The notes beneath the pieces were generated by a model that was not told where the DNA came from, did no database searches, and saw only the letters and a list, made by a program, of their open reading frames with translations. A DNA stretch of 64,000 nt from assembly GCA_030141605.1 (NCBI GenBank), contig JAQGDQ010000057.1:62001-126000 (forward strand), given 5' to 3'. Origin of the DNA: Tubiluchus corallicola (taxonomy: Eukaryota; Animalia; Priapulida). Positions 1 through 13,700 of this stretch are shown in pieces; position 1 is the first letter of the stretch; each line of letters opens with the position of its first letter. Made by a program: the position numbers and the translations under genes.

Positions 1-939
1 TTGTCTGTCATTAATTGAGCTTTCAACTTAACATCTAATCACAAGAATGCTTTGGCATTATACAGGTGTTAAATGTATACTTTTTACTATACTTCAAAAT
101 AGGGTAAGACATGAAAACTCGTCCTGTTTCTCATTAAAAAATAAGAAAAAACAAGAATATTTGGCTTCTATTCTTGGTAAAAAATATGTCCAGCTATCCA
201 GATCAATTTTGAGAAACAAATTTTTTCTCAAAGAATCAACAATGTATTCTGCAGTTTTTGTCAATAAAGTTGAGAAATCTTTTATTTGTTTCAGTTCTAC
301 ATGATACATATGGGCACAGGAGAAAATTATTCTGTAACCACAGGTGGACCCGCAACAGGGACGGCTATTTCAAGCTTAGGGAAAGGTGTGACTGGTGTGG
401 GATGTGGCAGTCGCATTTATCCTGCTCCAAATCATCTGTCCCTTTGCTCAAATGAGCAGAAAAATAAACTAAATTTTAGAAAGGATTAGAAAGGACAGCC
501 AGTAGAAAAAAGTACAATGTTCATTATTGTGTCATTTGAGAAAAAAGTTGTAGAAACACTAGGACACTGTAATGCAATTAACATCTGACGGCACAGCATA
601 AGACATCAGAAACTTTGAAGTGCAAAAGAGCAGATATAATATTATTTATAATACCGTTGAAGGCGAGGCTTTGTTCATAGGTTGCTAATTAGATAATGGC
701 AAATGCACTGTGAGATTCAGAGGAATATTAGGAAATGAGGATGTTGTAGTTACATAAACGAGCCACGAATTCCATATGATGAATGTACATGCTGCTTGTT
801 GGCGAGATTTAGTTCCGCTGAAGACTGCCAAGAGATTTTGCACAACATGAGATCCCAAAAAATCTTTATCAGATGAGATTCACCTCCTCATCAACTGAGC
901 AATTTGAATAAAAAATTGAGAAGTAGTTCGAGCAAAATA

Positions 940-1390
940 TGACTACTGGTTGACTGTTTAAGTGACAGGCTAATTAATTCCTAAGATCGACTGACTGACC
1001 AACTTGCTGATTGATTCACTGACTGATTAACTGAATGACTGAGTAAGTTATAGGGTGACTGACTAACTTTTAATGACTTACCAATTTTCTGGCCAATGAA
1101 TGTGTTGACTAACTCAATGAGGTAAATGACTGACTTACTGAGTGACTGTTTGTCTGATTTATTGTGTAAATGGCTGATCAAAGAACATTTGATTAAATGC
1201 ACGACTGACCAAGTGACAGACTAACTCACTCGCTGATTATTGTTTAATTTCACGAAATGCTTTGTTCAATGAGTGAATGTTTAATTCAGTTATTAGCTGA
1301 GTAAGTAAACAAAGTGACTGACTTAGCAACTGAATAGCTGATAGGTAATTCACTGACTTACAGACTGACTTAGACACTGACTGCTTACAA
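940..1390. repeat. Degenerate (TGAC/CTGA)n low-complexity tract
   Basis: Many imperfect gactgact/ctga units in a DGCR6 intron. Confidence 0.6.
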
Positions 1391-1648
1391 TCACCATTTC
1401 CAATTTATTTTACAGATAATTAGTGATGCATTCCCTGTTTCCAGATTAAACCATTCTGGCGAACAGTAGCAAAAGGAAAATGACTTTATTTCATAACTAC
1501 CGTGATTTAAGAAAATAGTTATGACTACAAAATGTCTGCATAAGATAGTTTTAATACCTATTTTACAGCAGTACTACTAAGCTACTACTATTATAATGAC
1601 GATAAACGTATGACAACAACAATAAAAAAATGAATCAATAAACTATAC

Positions 1649-1720
1649 CTTCTGATCTAGTTCCATAATGAGTTTCATGTCCATTCTGTTAATGTCAGTA
1701 TTAAACTTATCATCCAGAGC
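1649..1720 (-). CDS. DGCR6: DGCR6/gonadal protein, coding exon 4 (gene continues beyond left edge)
   Basis: Boundaries tgtgcag|GCT...AAG|gtatag. The 72 nt encode ALDDKFNTDINRMDMKLIMELDQK, matching the DGCR6 'MDxKIxLELDxK' block. Phase 0/0 fits exon 3. Confidence 0.85.
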
Positions 1721-3463
1721 CTGCACAAAAACAATGTATATAATTATCTTCTTTAAAATCAAATTAGCTTTAGCTAAGAATGCTTCTCTTTCGAAATTTA
1801 CATGTAAATAGGAATCTTCTTTATTTTAAAAAATAAGCATCACAGTATAGACATTATATATCATAAGGATGCAATGACATGGTTTACAAAAACCTTAAAT
1901 TTGACTATGATATAATTAGTAACAGGGTTAGGAAGGACAAAAAACTCATTGACTTCAGCTCCCAACTCCAGAGGGAGTTCAAATTATCAAATTCTACTAC
2001 AACATTTTTTAAAAAACAATCCAGTTGTCTTTACAAAAAAATTTTGTAAAGATAATTTAAAATCAGTCCCAGGAAAACTGAAAACTCAGTCAAGTGGTCT
2101 TAAAAGTGTTAAGGCAACCCTTATGTTTAACTACAACATTAAAAAAATGATCCAATAGACTGTATCAAGAAAAAAATGATCAAGAAAAAATTAAACAGTC
2201 TCTAAGGAAAACTGAAAATTCAAAAAATGTGGTTTCACAAGGGTTAAGTTAAACATTTTTTAAACCAATGCGATGAGTTTTACATTTAAGTAAAGATTAG
2301 TATGTACACAACCACAATGTTTACCATCAGACTCTTTTCTTAAGTACTGCTACTGAATATTGAGGCATTAATTCAAAAACAATAGACATAAACGCAAGAA
2401 ATGATGAGTCCTGAAACAAGAAATAATTATAACTAAAGCAATTAAATAGATGTTATTACAGTAAACTCAAAACTGTTATTGAAATACGTCCTTTCAGATC
2501 TGACAGTGATAACAGTTGCATTCTATTGTCAAAATGACTATTAATTAATCCAGAGATTCATGCTGCAGATTCTCACTTTTTAGTTGAGGAGTCAGGAGAC
2601 ACCAAGGCTCAGCAGTGGTGACAAAAACTATATAATACTAAGACACAGAAAAACGCCAGAAAATTTAGCAGAAACGCTGCACAAAACTTAAAAAAATAAA
2701 CTCCCATGATTTTGACGATGACTCATTTGACATCCATTTAGATAACATAGTGTAAAATTTTAAAAATTTTGAGCATTTGTAGCGCACACTTCACTAACTA
2801 AGTAACACTTTAAATTACTGTATCTTGTGTCAATAATATTAAAAACAGGTTTTTTGGCGAATGACACACCCTGGAAGATAAGTCAACGACATTTTACCAG
2901 GTGGTGCAAACATTTAAATTATTAAAAAATTTTCTTTGCTAGTTGCATAAGTTATTCAAGCAGTAAGCAAAATATTGAGTAATATAATTTTGCATGGAGA
3001 GCAATATAATGGAACATAGTTTATAAGAAAATAATGGAAGCTGATGGGACATAGTTTAACATTGCATTTTCTTCCCCTTATTTATGTTGTGTGTAGGGGA
3101 CATCATGTAATGGTGCAGTCAGAATGCCATCGAGGGAGATTTAAAATGGAATACGATATATGCTTAAAATCGCTATAAACTATTAATATAATCTTTAAGG
3201 TAATTTTTCTGAAACCTACTTCAGGAAGCTCTTTTCTTGTCCTTTAAAGTCAATCGATTGGTAGCATTAAGTGATAAATACACGTTTTCAAACATAAAAT
3301 GGGAAAGACAAAATGTTTTTTGATGTATGAATTTTTAATAATGGTCAGTAAGCATGCAGATAGCATGGAATTTTAATGAAAGTTTTTATTCTTCACGTGC
3401 TGGATTATATCCAACTGCAATAAATTAAGCTATTACATATGTACAATCATTAATGAACACTAC

Positions 3464-3573
3464 CTTTGCTTCTCGAGTATGAGTGGCTTCTAGCAGCGGC
3501 ACATTGTGAGGCCTGTTCATCATAGCCATTTGCAGGGCTTCCTTTTGCTTCTTTGCAATATCTGACTTGTTAA
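3464..3573 (-). CDS. DGCR6: DGCR6/gonadal protein, coding exon 3
   Basis: Boundaries cttacag|TT...AAG|gtagtg. Encodes (I)NKSDIAKKQKEALQMAMMNRPHNVPLLEATHTREAK with the DGCR6 'RPHNxPxL' motif. Phase 1/0 fits its neighbours. Confidence 0.85.
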
Positions 3574-4230
3574 CTGTAAGTACAAAAAGCAATAAAATAA
3601 TTGGCAGTACAGTCTGTATGCCATTTTTCTATAATACTAATCTTCATTTAAAGGCCTAAATAACCTCAACAGACACTGAAGTTTTTTTAACGCTTTATTA
3701 TGATCACACAAATAATTAGTAGTTATTTTTACACAAAAGAAACTTGTAAATTAAATGACTTACCTGGCGAATTTCGCACACATGCATTGCTGTAAAGATT
3801 GCCATATTTCTCGTCATTTGTGCGAGTGGGCAAGAATGACATATGAGGTGCAGAAAGTTTGGTTACCCACATTTGTTTATCGTATCAAACTCGAAACTTC
3901 CCAGACAGAAAACAGAGGCATTACCACTAGACTACGCTACCTATAATCTTTGTCAGCTTCCCGGCTAGACATGCGGAAATTAACCCCAGTCTTGGAAAAT
4001 AGAAATAAGTGGAGTTACAGCCTATTATAGAAGATTATTCTTCTACGTATAAATGGAATATGAATGTAGGTTAATTGTGACAAACCTGCTTTGTACCTTG
4101 CGAACTTAGTAACTCAAATTGGATTATATTCTAACTTTAAATATTATAAAGCAATTGTGACAGAATATCTTTTTTTACTAAACGATTTTCGTTTTATTAA
4201 ACACACCAATAAGGTGAAATCCTTTCTTAC

Positions 4231-4391
4231 TTTTGTATGTATTGACTAAGTTTTGCCTTTGGTGGAAAAGATTTCTTTCGGTCATTTGCTGTATTTCTGA
4301 AAGCCCACGAACAATTTGGAACACGGTGCCATCTAGCAGCGAGCTTGCTAAACCAGATAATAAATCATACGGCAGCCTTTGTTGGTATTTT
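4231..4391 (-). CDS. DGCR6: DGCR6/gonadal protein, coding exon 2
   Basis: Boundaries ttgcag|A...A|gtaag. The 161 nt encode KYQQRLPYDLLSGLASSLLDGTVFQIVRGLSEIQQMTERNLFHQR, the conserved DGCR6 core. Confidence 0.92.
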
Positions 4392-5000
4392 CTGCAAATC
4401 ATAAGAAACTTGAAACATGTGAAAGCTAAGATAAATATGTTTGTCACAGAATAGACAAAACACACAATATAATTAAACCCAGACAGTGTATTATGATAAT
4501 TAACAAATCAATATAGCAAGAAATCACAAAATGCTGTTAAACAACATCTGTTATATAAATACGATGTTTTGGTTGTTTTTCAACCTTTCTCCCTTATCTG
4601 TCACATTTATTTTTTTTACTTACTCGTTACTTGAGAAAGGTTGAAGAACTGAAGAACAACCAAACGTTATATTGATACAATAGCCATATGACAAATGACC
4701 AACAATGTCTTTAGCTGCCCAACTCACTAATTTCAAATGTAACTCTGTGACAATTTTTGAAAGTAAAATTGAAACTTGTAAATAGAATATACACAAAAAA
4801 GCCAGTTGTGCTGTTTAAAGCATACAACATTCACACTTTTTGGTCGTGTTAATTATAAAGTTACTTAAAATTTGTGACTGGGCAAAACATTCACCACATG
4901 CTCAACAAAAAAAAAAAGAATTTAGTATAGTGGTTCACTGCAGAAAAACATTCATTTGCCAGCTGAGTAAAATCCAAACAAACTCTGAACATTTCAAAAT

Positions 5001-5255
5001 GTTTCTGTATGCACTAGACTTTTGAACTTCTAGCCTCGAATTTTTCTGTGTGTTGTTCACCTTAAACCTTGACTTCAAATTGCATTTGTGTGCTCTTCAC
5101 CTTAAACTTTAACCTCAAATTGTTTCTGTGTGCTCTTAACCTTTGAACTTCCGGCCTCGAATTATTTCTGTTTGCTCTTCACCTTTGAACTTTTGATCTC
5201 AAATTGTTTCTGTATGCTCTTGACCTTTGAACTTTTGATCTCAAATTGTTTCTCA
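5001..5255. repeat. Minisatellite, about 6 copies of a 40-42 bp unit
   Basis: Repeated tttctgtgtgctcttcacctttgaactt..ctcaaattg units. Confidence 0.8.
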
Positions 5256-7293
5256 ATTTGATCTCAATTTGATCACGAACTTAACAGCTGTAGCATGTTA
5301 CACTCCCCTTCTGCCACATTTCATTGTACTTCACTCACTCCCAAGATATTTTCAACATTTTAGGTTCCACTGAAATCCTGATTCTTGACTTTTCAACATA
5401 AGAAACAAAACAGTAATGACTTACAATGCATGTCAAGAAAACACTGCTGCTAAATCTGGTTATGTTTCAATCAATTCTTTCGAAAAAGGTTACAGACAAG
5501 GTAAAATTTTAAGAAATAACTTAGTAACTTAACCATAATCGTACCAATTAAACCTGCGCAATAAGACAGAACTTTTCAGTGTAGAACTTCGCAAATATGA
5601 TTGTAATTTCAACTGTTTTTAAGGTACACTGCACTCAGCCATCACAAATGAACAGACAGAGAAAAAGTATATTATACAGGCATGAGAAATTAACAAGTGT
5701 AAGCATATATTTATATACAAACTACGTGGACAAATGACATTAACAGCAAGCAGTTATCCTAGGAATGGCAGAAACTGGTAATCTTATTATTGAAAGTTGT
5801 CTATGAAACAAACCAGCTAAAATATCATAATCATTGGCTCAGAGCGTATATTTAACTCAACAGTAACTGACAATTCTGTAAAGGTAAGTTACTCATCATT
5901 GCCAAATGTACACGGTCAAGATTTACTAATTTGCCTCATACACTGCATTGTCCAGAAGTGACTCAGATCTCACAAAGTAGGCTTGGTCATAGTATTAGAA
6001 ATAATTTTAAATCTGGTTAAGGGATACATGAACAAACATGTACTTTCTTCACTTGAAAATTCTTAAAATATATACTCATGACTGAATCCACAGATCAATG
6101 AAGTACCTTAGTAGGACACTTATGGAAATCCTAAAAGTAGTGAATGTAATTCTGAAAAAATATACTATACAACTCTATTATTTTAACAAATGAAAGAGAA
6201 TTTTATATGAAACCCAAGTAATCAATACACATGGTGACCACTACACACAAGAAAAAAATTAGACATTGAAAGTCGAAAACTAAATAAAGAAGCTAAACTA
6301 CAGGTATACTGCATATCAAACATATCTACAAAGTGACCAATATGGCATGTCAGGTAGCGCAATTTCTGAATTTTAATCTTCACAGGGGACAACAGAATAA
6401 TATATTAACGCTAATAAATCGTAGCATAAGCCACAAGGTTTCCACTACTGTTGGTTTTGATGCAGCATAACTAATGTATGATTAGAGTGTACATGCGAAA
6501 GTCTCTGCGTTAAAATCCTGACTTGTTCTCAAAATTTCATAGTCCCTTTCTTCAACGAATGTGTGCTTACATAGCAGAAATGTCCATAAGTCGCCAATTA
6601 AGCTTTCCTAGATATTCATACATCCTGAGTCCCCATTTCATAAGGCTCATTCTGATACCAAGCTCATCACTCTATGTTATTCACAACTTGAGATAATCAA
6701 CATTGAAGTTAAGGCTGGATGCTGAAAAACAATCTTGAGAAAATCGCTGATAAAGTTTGCCATTGTTTTTTGTCGCACATCTACAAAAATACTTAGCAAC
6801 CTTACGAAAATGTGGTTGCTATGAACTTTGCAAGAGTGAAATGAAGTTAGGTTTAAATCCGTTAAATGGAGCTTTCTGATAAAGATTTCTGCTTGGCAAC
6901 AGAAAAAACTGCAAGCAAAAGAGTGCTAAGATGAACTACTATTGGAGCTTGAAAATACTAAGTTTCGGCAATTACAGTTAATAGTTTTAAAACAAAGAGA
7001 AGGGTAATGCTTACAAAATTAAATTTTTAGCTTGCTTTTATCATTTTTCTGATGACCTGATGCTAGAATATAAATGTGCAATATATTTGGCATTTGTTTT
7101 TATAAAAAAATTGATATTTGACCCACTTTTCCAATTTTTGATGCATTCTACTGTGAAGCATCATAGCGCGTTTAACTATGCCGACTTATCGACGGTTTTG
7201 GTTTGCAAGCACGCAAATGACGTGTAAAATAAATACCGACAAACTTATTAATTTTTTGTTTCAAATTCTTATTATTGTTTTCAAGAGACTCAC

Positions 7294-7454
7294 GCAGGCA
7301 ACTGTCGAGCTAAGTCTTGCAATTCACCAAGTAATACATAATGCTGCTGTTGCAATTCTTTCTTCTCTATTTCATCTTTTTCCACGCCGAACTGAGATTT
7401 TTCATTACTGTCTAATAACTCCTCGTCTACAAATGGGTCACCAAAACTATCCAT
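7294..7454 (-). CDS. DGCR6: DGCR6/gonadal protein, coding exon 1
   Basis: Acceptor tttttag just upstream (exon starts 7458), ATG at 7454, donor GC|gtgagt. Encodes MDSF...LQQQHYVLLGELQDLARQLP, like the DGCR6 N-terminus. Phase 2 joins exon 2. Confidence 0.88.
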
Positions 7455-7689
7455 TAAGCTAAAAAGGAAAAGGATGATACGATGACAAAATAATAACAGC
7501 AGAGTACTCAAATCTTAGAGATGACTCATATAAAAATAAAAGTCATAAAACAACAATCATAAAATTTCATAGTCTTTAAATAATTGTAGTTTCCAATTAT
7601 ACAAGTGACCAATTAATTATGCACTGCTGAACAACCACACTGGCAATAATCAATGTAGACAGCAAGAGGAGAGACTCAGAATATCAGCA

Positions 7690-8120
7690 AATAGCTCGTT
7701 CCAAGACGAGGTGCGTCCTGGTTCCCAAGCAAATAGGGTTCTGGCGGTGAGCATCTGGCCCACTCCAAATGAGAAGGCGCGGCGCTAGCCAGGAGCGGAC
7801 AGAGCAGGTATGACTACCAAGCCACTCGATGCTTGGGTCTGGGCTAATAACCCATTCCTGTAAAAACGCTTACTGTTACAAAAACCAATAACTCAAGAGT
7901 ATCAAATCCTACAGAAGGAAGGCGAGAATGATTGTGAACACTGGAAGGAAGAATGGCGAGGATGAGACTGAGAACAACACGGAGAATGACAGTGGAAGCA
8001 GAGAGGTGTTACACGGGATGTAAAAGCTGGAGAAAAGTCAAAGCAGTGACAAAAGACGCAAGGGTTTGGAGGAGTGCCAAAGCCTTATGCGCCTCCTGGT
8101 GTGGAGAAAATTAAGTGAGT
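7690..8120 (+). mobile_element. Short RTE-LINE-derived non-autonomous element
   Basis: RTE 5'UTR-like motif gggctaataacccattcctgtaaaaa..tgttacaaaaac, followed by an RTE 3'-end-like motif (tggaggagtgccaaagccttatgcgcc...ttaagtgagt). Confidence 0.5.
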
Positions 8121-9049
8121 ATAATAAAAACAATCACATCTAATCATCTCAATATCATTTATTTTTAAAAATAGGTGCTATGGGTGAATTTCGTTAAGAT
8201 AATTAAGTTCTAAAACTATTAAAGTACAAAATTCTTAATTTCTGGTGTGTCAGGCGACTTTTCACCAATGATAGTATGGCAACTACGCATAGTTACAGTT
8301 TCCTTTCTGCTCTGGTCTCTACAAGGTTATCTTCCTGGTCCCGAATATCTAAATTATTTGTAATTTTGTAAATTTCATTTAAAACTTTTCTTGGTTTCCT
8401 ATATACATTTGCAGTGCATGTTGTTCATTTATATCAAGTGATAGCTCAGCATATTGAGTAATCTAGTATAAACTTAAACAAGCAAAACCTACTCACATAG
8501 ATGATTTTTGGATAACCTGTGATATTCTACTAATTTATAAGGAATAACGTTGAAACTTGGTTGAAATGCTTTGAAATGAGTATAGTCTGTGATTATTTTT
8601 GTGTTGAATGAAAATCTTTCTTATGCTTTTTAACTATTCAAGCAATTCAAGAAAATTAAGCAGTTTGCGTTCAATGGCAAAGTTTGCGGTTGGAAAATTT
8701 TTCCACGATAATGTCTATAAATTGCATAATATTTTTTTAAATTTAGCTTCTTAAAATCAGTTATAAATGTTACTGCAGCGTGTATCGCTGAATTATCATC
8801 GCTGCGATATTGTCGGCTAACTATTGAAGTTAAAAGTTAATTTTCCCGCACTCTATAGCTTTTGTGTGAAGGAATCTGTGTCACATAGAGTCAGAGGTAA
8901 TATGTAATGGCAGTAAACAATTACCAGACAACACGTGATAAAATCATACCTTTAAAACTGGTCTGATATGATTTTGTCAGACGCAAATTGTTGCACATAT
9001 GAACAGGACGAGACACAGAAATTTAACATGCTTAATTAAAAACTGTCTT

Positions 9050-9620
9050 AGATAGGCGAAGCGGTGCACGGAGATGTCGAGTTAGTGCGAATGTCCCACA
9101 TAATGCTGCCTGTTCAGACAACTTACCTACTTCCTCTTTTGGCTTTTGTTGTTGGAATTACAACTTGAACGTTACATGAACTCACCTTTTGGTTATATGA
9201 AAATTAATGTAAGATCAAGAAATAACTAATTTAATCATCATCATCATACGCCCGTCACGTCTATTGTAGAAATTGGGCAGGCAGAATTCTAAAATAAAAG
9301 AAACCTGCCTTCAGACAGGTAAACGCAGCAGTAATACAGCAAAAAATCTAGACACTACTACGCCAGTGGCTTGTCATCACCACTTCAATTTAAAATAAAA
9401 TTTCGGGCACTAACCGTGGCACATCGTAACCAAGTGAGGAAATCTTTAAAGCTATTTCGGATTATTTCGGCAAGGTTTCAATGCGGTCCAGGCCGTTCAC
9501 AACGACCACTCTATCACAGAGAAGTTAGACCATTAAAAGGACGACAAGAAAGTAAAGTTCCTAACAGCGAGGAGAATTATACATTCAAACGCCGCCAAAT
9601 ACCTCGCCAGTAAGAATTCT
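9050..9620. promoter_or_regulatory. Candidate promoter and non-coding first exon(s) between divergent DGCR6 and IST1
   Basis: Both genes have a splice acceptor upstream of their ATG. This segment is richer in CpG, with consensus minus-strand donors (AG|GTAAGT at 9127, AG|GTGAGT at 9186) and a plus-strand candidate donor (CA|GTAAGA at 9609). Confidence 0.35.
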
Positions 9621-12351
9621 ATATCTTTAACAGTACCTCAGTATTACGTCTATATTCTCATCGTCATTATGTTTTTGATTCTGCTATAATCAATTTTCCT
9701 GTCTCACATGATTTAGAATCAGCAGCATCTACTTCTACTTCCAGCTCAATGGTCTACATGATAAAACTAAGGCAAATGAAATCAATAAACGTCTCCAACA
9801 GTGTTTTCAAGGAGACTTTCCTAGTCTCTATTATTATAGCGAATTTAAATTCAGTTTTAAAATAAACAAATATTTTTTCATGGCCTGCCCCATTTTGATT
9901 TCATGTAAAAAGTATATTGTTTGAGACCTATAATAATGTCGAGGCGATTCTGATAAACTAAGTGGCAGGCTAAAAACTTAATTAGCAGCCGATGATTAAC
10001 AGCAAATGAACTGATATAGTGCTGACATCACAAGTGAACATAATTTTCAAAAGCACTAACGTTTCGCGTACGTTGTATTATCGCACATACTCTAATCTTG
10101 CACGTGTGTGTTGCTTATGTTTGCAACAATGAAAATTGCAATACAGTGCTACTGTACAACATTAAGTGTAACATGCAAAAACTTCATATATTTCAAGTGT
10201 AAAATCTAAATTTCAAGTTTGACACTAAGCTCACGCATGAGCGCCCAAACATTTGTACTACATCATAACTTAACATCTCTGAACTAAGCAATACAACACT
10301 TGTTTTTTGTGCAATGCACTTCTGAGATGCAGGTGCTATAGGGCCCATCTAATTGTTTGTAACGAATGTAACAGCAATTAACTAGCCATGTGAATGTAAC
10401 AGCATTTAACTAGCCAAGCGAATGCAAATTGCTATTCTGTGATATTAATTTTCCACAAAAGGCATTCTAGCAAAAACAGTATATTTACTTTCAATATTTT
10501 ACAAGGTAGATTTTTAAGCTACAGTTTAGGGTGAGGTTTGCTTTTCCTTTAAAGATGTTCAATTTGCTTTAAATTTCTGAATCATCAATGAAAACCAGTC
10601 TCGCATCAATGATGCTTATTGTTTGGTTTTTTTCTGCAGTAAAAATATTAATAATTTCTTTACAAATTGCGCACAGTAATTGCAATAAATTTGCTGACTG
10701 CATACCTAATGTCTTAATGATAAAGAACATAATATGTATAGCTGAAGTGATGAATTATTCGAATTTATAATTTCAGCTTATATAATTAATTTTCGAATGA
10801 CAACAAAATTCGAACTCGAACATTTGATGCTCACCCCTACATTCAGGACTTTCCCTAAACTTATGGACTGTGGATTTTTCGTAATCTAAAGAAAACACAG
10901 AAGAAAATGAAAATGTTGTAATGTTGAAAATATCAACACACCTGCTCCGTACAAGACGGTTAAGACAAATGTATAAACAAACCTTGATTAGAATTGCCCA
11001 TGTCAGTGACAGTCTCCCAGACAGATATTCAAGCCTTCTAGATAAAGTGTTAATGTCCGTAGGTAAGCTAGTAATGACTAAAATGCAAGATCTGCAATGA
11101 GAACTCACGCGTATGTTAGATCAAACGTTTCAAAAAGTAGTTTTAAAGTTCAAGTAATGGGTGGCAATTTGGTAAAATTTAATGGTGCAAGGAAAACATT
11201 TAGGAAGATGCTGTGGCAGCCATCTGCATATTAGGACTTATATTTTATGGCAAAAAAGAGATGCTTTTTGTGTCATATGTTTCACCTGTATCAGTTAGCC
11301 AGGTGAGCTAACTAGAGTAGCAGTGGCCAGACTGTCATGGTCCAATCCTGATGTATGTTCATCCCCGGTGGTTCTCACTTCTCTAGTACACATAATTTCT
11401 CGAATCTATTACTGTATCGTAATTATTACATCTTTTCACAGTGTCTATGTTACAAATGTGAATTCAGTTTGATTCAGTCATGCTATTTTTTTCTGTTCAT
11501 TTTGGATAAATCTTAATGTTGCAGAAATTTTGTCCTTTTTGCTGATCTGTTAGATGACTGGTATTGTGCCTGTCGATTGCCTAACATTAGTTTCTTATCC
11601 AATAATTTCTTTAATTTACTGGTTTTTTGTTATTGCCTTAACATCCTCCCATTCAGGGTTGAGTGTGTTGGGTTTAATTTGAATTTTTTTGTTGAAGGTC
11701 CCGGGTCCCGGAGTTTTGTAAGCCTAGGCATACCCTGGAGTATCATTATTGATCAAAAGGTATGTCCTTTGTAAATCATTTTTGATACTTAAATAGCGTG
11801 TTTCTTTTTCCAGCTTAATATAATTATATTAAATGTTATCTGATTAGTTCATTACACTTTTCAAGCATTGATTCGCTTCTTTCTCCTTTGTTAGTCTTGT
11901 TAATCTGTCAATGGTCAAGTATTACGGCTATGACTTGGGCGGTGCATTACGGCTATGAAGAATTTTCATAAAGGCTGTAGACTAGAGAAAGGAAAGTTTA
12001 GTCAGATTTAGTGTTTATTTTAATGCTGAGTAAATATCAGCATTTTGTGAGTCATAATATCCACTTAGTAATTAGTATTTTACTGTCCAACGCCGAAACT
12101 TTATGTTTGTAACTTTTTCTTATTATTTTTGCTACTGATTCTAAGCGATTTCGTACATCTTTACGTAAGTATTTTGTAGCAAAAACTAAAAGGTTTGAGT
12201 TAGAAGTGAATTAAAAGGGAAAGCACTCCGTTTGCCGAGGCTAAATGTAGATATTGTAACGTTCCTTTAGGAATATATATTTGAGGGGGCATGCGTTTCA
12301 GCAGTATAACACTATCTATTATACATTTGTACGATAAAGCGGCACATTGTT

Positions 12352-12820
12352 TCTAGAAATAAAGAAATTGTATTGAAATTATACATTGGTTTGATTAGTC
12401 TTCATCTAGAATACTGTGTGCAGTTTTGGAATCCCCATTATCAGAAAGATATATTGCTTATAGAAGGTGTACAAAGGCGTGCTACAAGAATAATATTAGG
12501 TTGTAAAAATCTGACATATTTGGAAAGATTGAAATGTTGCAGTTTGACGATGCTTGAATTAAGAAGACACTTTGGAGAGCTTATTGAAGTTCATAAAATA
12601 TTAACTAGAAAAAATATTTTGGCCAAAAAATTCTTTAATTTAGTTGTTGATTCTAAAACTAGAGGACATAGTTTAAAACTATTTAAAGAGTGGTCACGTG
12701 TTGACGTTCGTAAATATTCATTTTCTGTGAGAGTTGTGAATGAATGGAGTAATTTGCCTGCCATGGTGATTGCCGCACCAACCAACAGTAAAGTTTAAAT
12801 CTTTAATCGACAATTATTTT
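12352..12820 (+). mobile_element. CR1-type LINE ORF2 3' fragment
   Basis: ORF 12373-12798 contains LEYCVQFWNPH..IEGVQRRATRII..TRGHSLKL..RKYSFSVRVVNEW. Confidence 0.9.
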
Positions 12821-12839
12821 CTATGAGTGTACTCGCTTA

Positions 12840-13090
12840 ACCCCTAATCAAGTAACAGTGTTCCCAATGCCGTCCTTTGCGATACTCCAGAAATTACATC
12901 AACAGGTTTGGAACAGGCTCCATCCAGCACAACCTCTGCATCCTTTTAATCAAGAATGATCTTATCCAACAATGTTGCGAGCCCCTAATTCCATGGTAAT
13001 TTTTGCCAGAAGTCTTTTGTGAGCAACATTGTGACAGGTCTTTGCTATTTCCAATACTAGCGTATCAACCTGCTCTTGCCATCCACGATA
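12840..13090 (-). mobile_element. CR1/L2-type LINE reverse transcriptase fragment (decayed)
   Basis: Minus strand reads QVDTLVLEIAKTCHNVAHKRLLAK (decayed LDFxKAFDxVPH) and a decayed GVPQGTVLG. Confidence 0.7.
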
Positions 13091-13149
13091 GCTTTATGTT
13101 GTACCAAAACACGGATGGGCTGCAATTTTGCAGATTACAGTTTAAAGTG

Positions 13150-13700
13150 TGCATAAGGTTTAAGCGTAAATGATTGCTTTTTAGCACTCCAGTCTGCTTC
13201 TGGATGCTTTACTCGTGTTAATATTGTTTTGAACCTTGTTCCTAGTATTTACAACATGAGCTGCTAAGAAGTTTGTCTTCTTCCCCATTTAGAGAGAGAT
13301 TTTTTACTGATACTAAGTGAATGCCCTCTTGGCCTTTGATGAAGTTCAAAATGTTTGTTACTGCTAATTCGATCAATACCCTTGAGGATTCTGAATAACT
13401 GGATCATATACATTATCTGTGTCTTCTGTGTCTTAAGTGTTAAATGTGTCGTAACTTTTCAGCATAGGGTCTTTTGATAATCCCTGGAATAATTTTAGTT
13501 GCTTGTCATTGAACAATGATCACGTTCATAGTCATGTCTAAAATGGTTGCAGGTCACGTCAGCTGTGTAGTCCTTACTACTGATTTTTAGTGTTTGATCA
13601 TCATACCTGAATTTACGCTTTTGCTGATGTTAATGTACCTTCCGTGATACTTTCCATAATAATGCCCAGATCTTTTTCTTCAAAAGCATCATTCCCTTGT
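13150..13700 (-). mobile_element. CR1-type LINE 3' fragment (decayed)
   Basis: Minus strand reads QATKIIPG..PYAEKLRHL and RGHS motifs. Confidence 0.7.

Noticed and set aside
1-1648. Final DGCR6 exon (expected VxDQQxTLEKAGVxGFYVT)
   Set aside because: No such motif found on the minus strand. The VYVTT near 750 lacks the surrounding residues, so the exon is probably outside the window.
10773-11108. 111-aa minus-strand ORF
   Set aside because: Non-ATG start, no recognisable domain, and it lies among decayed repeats.
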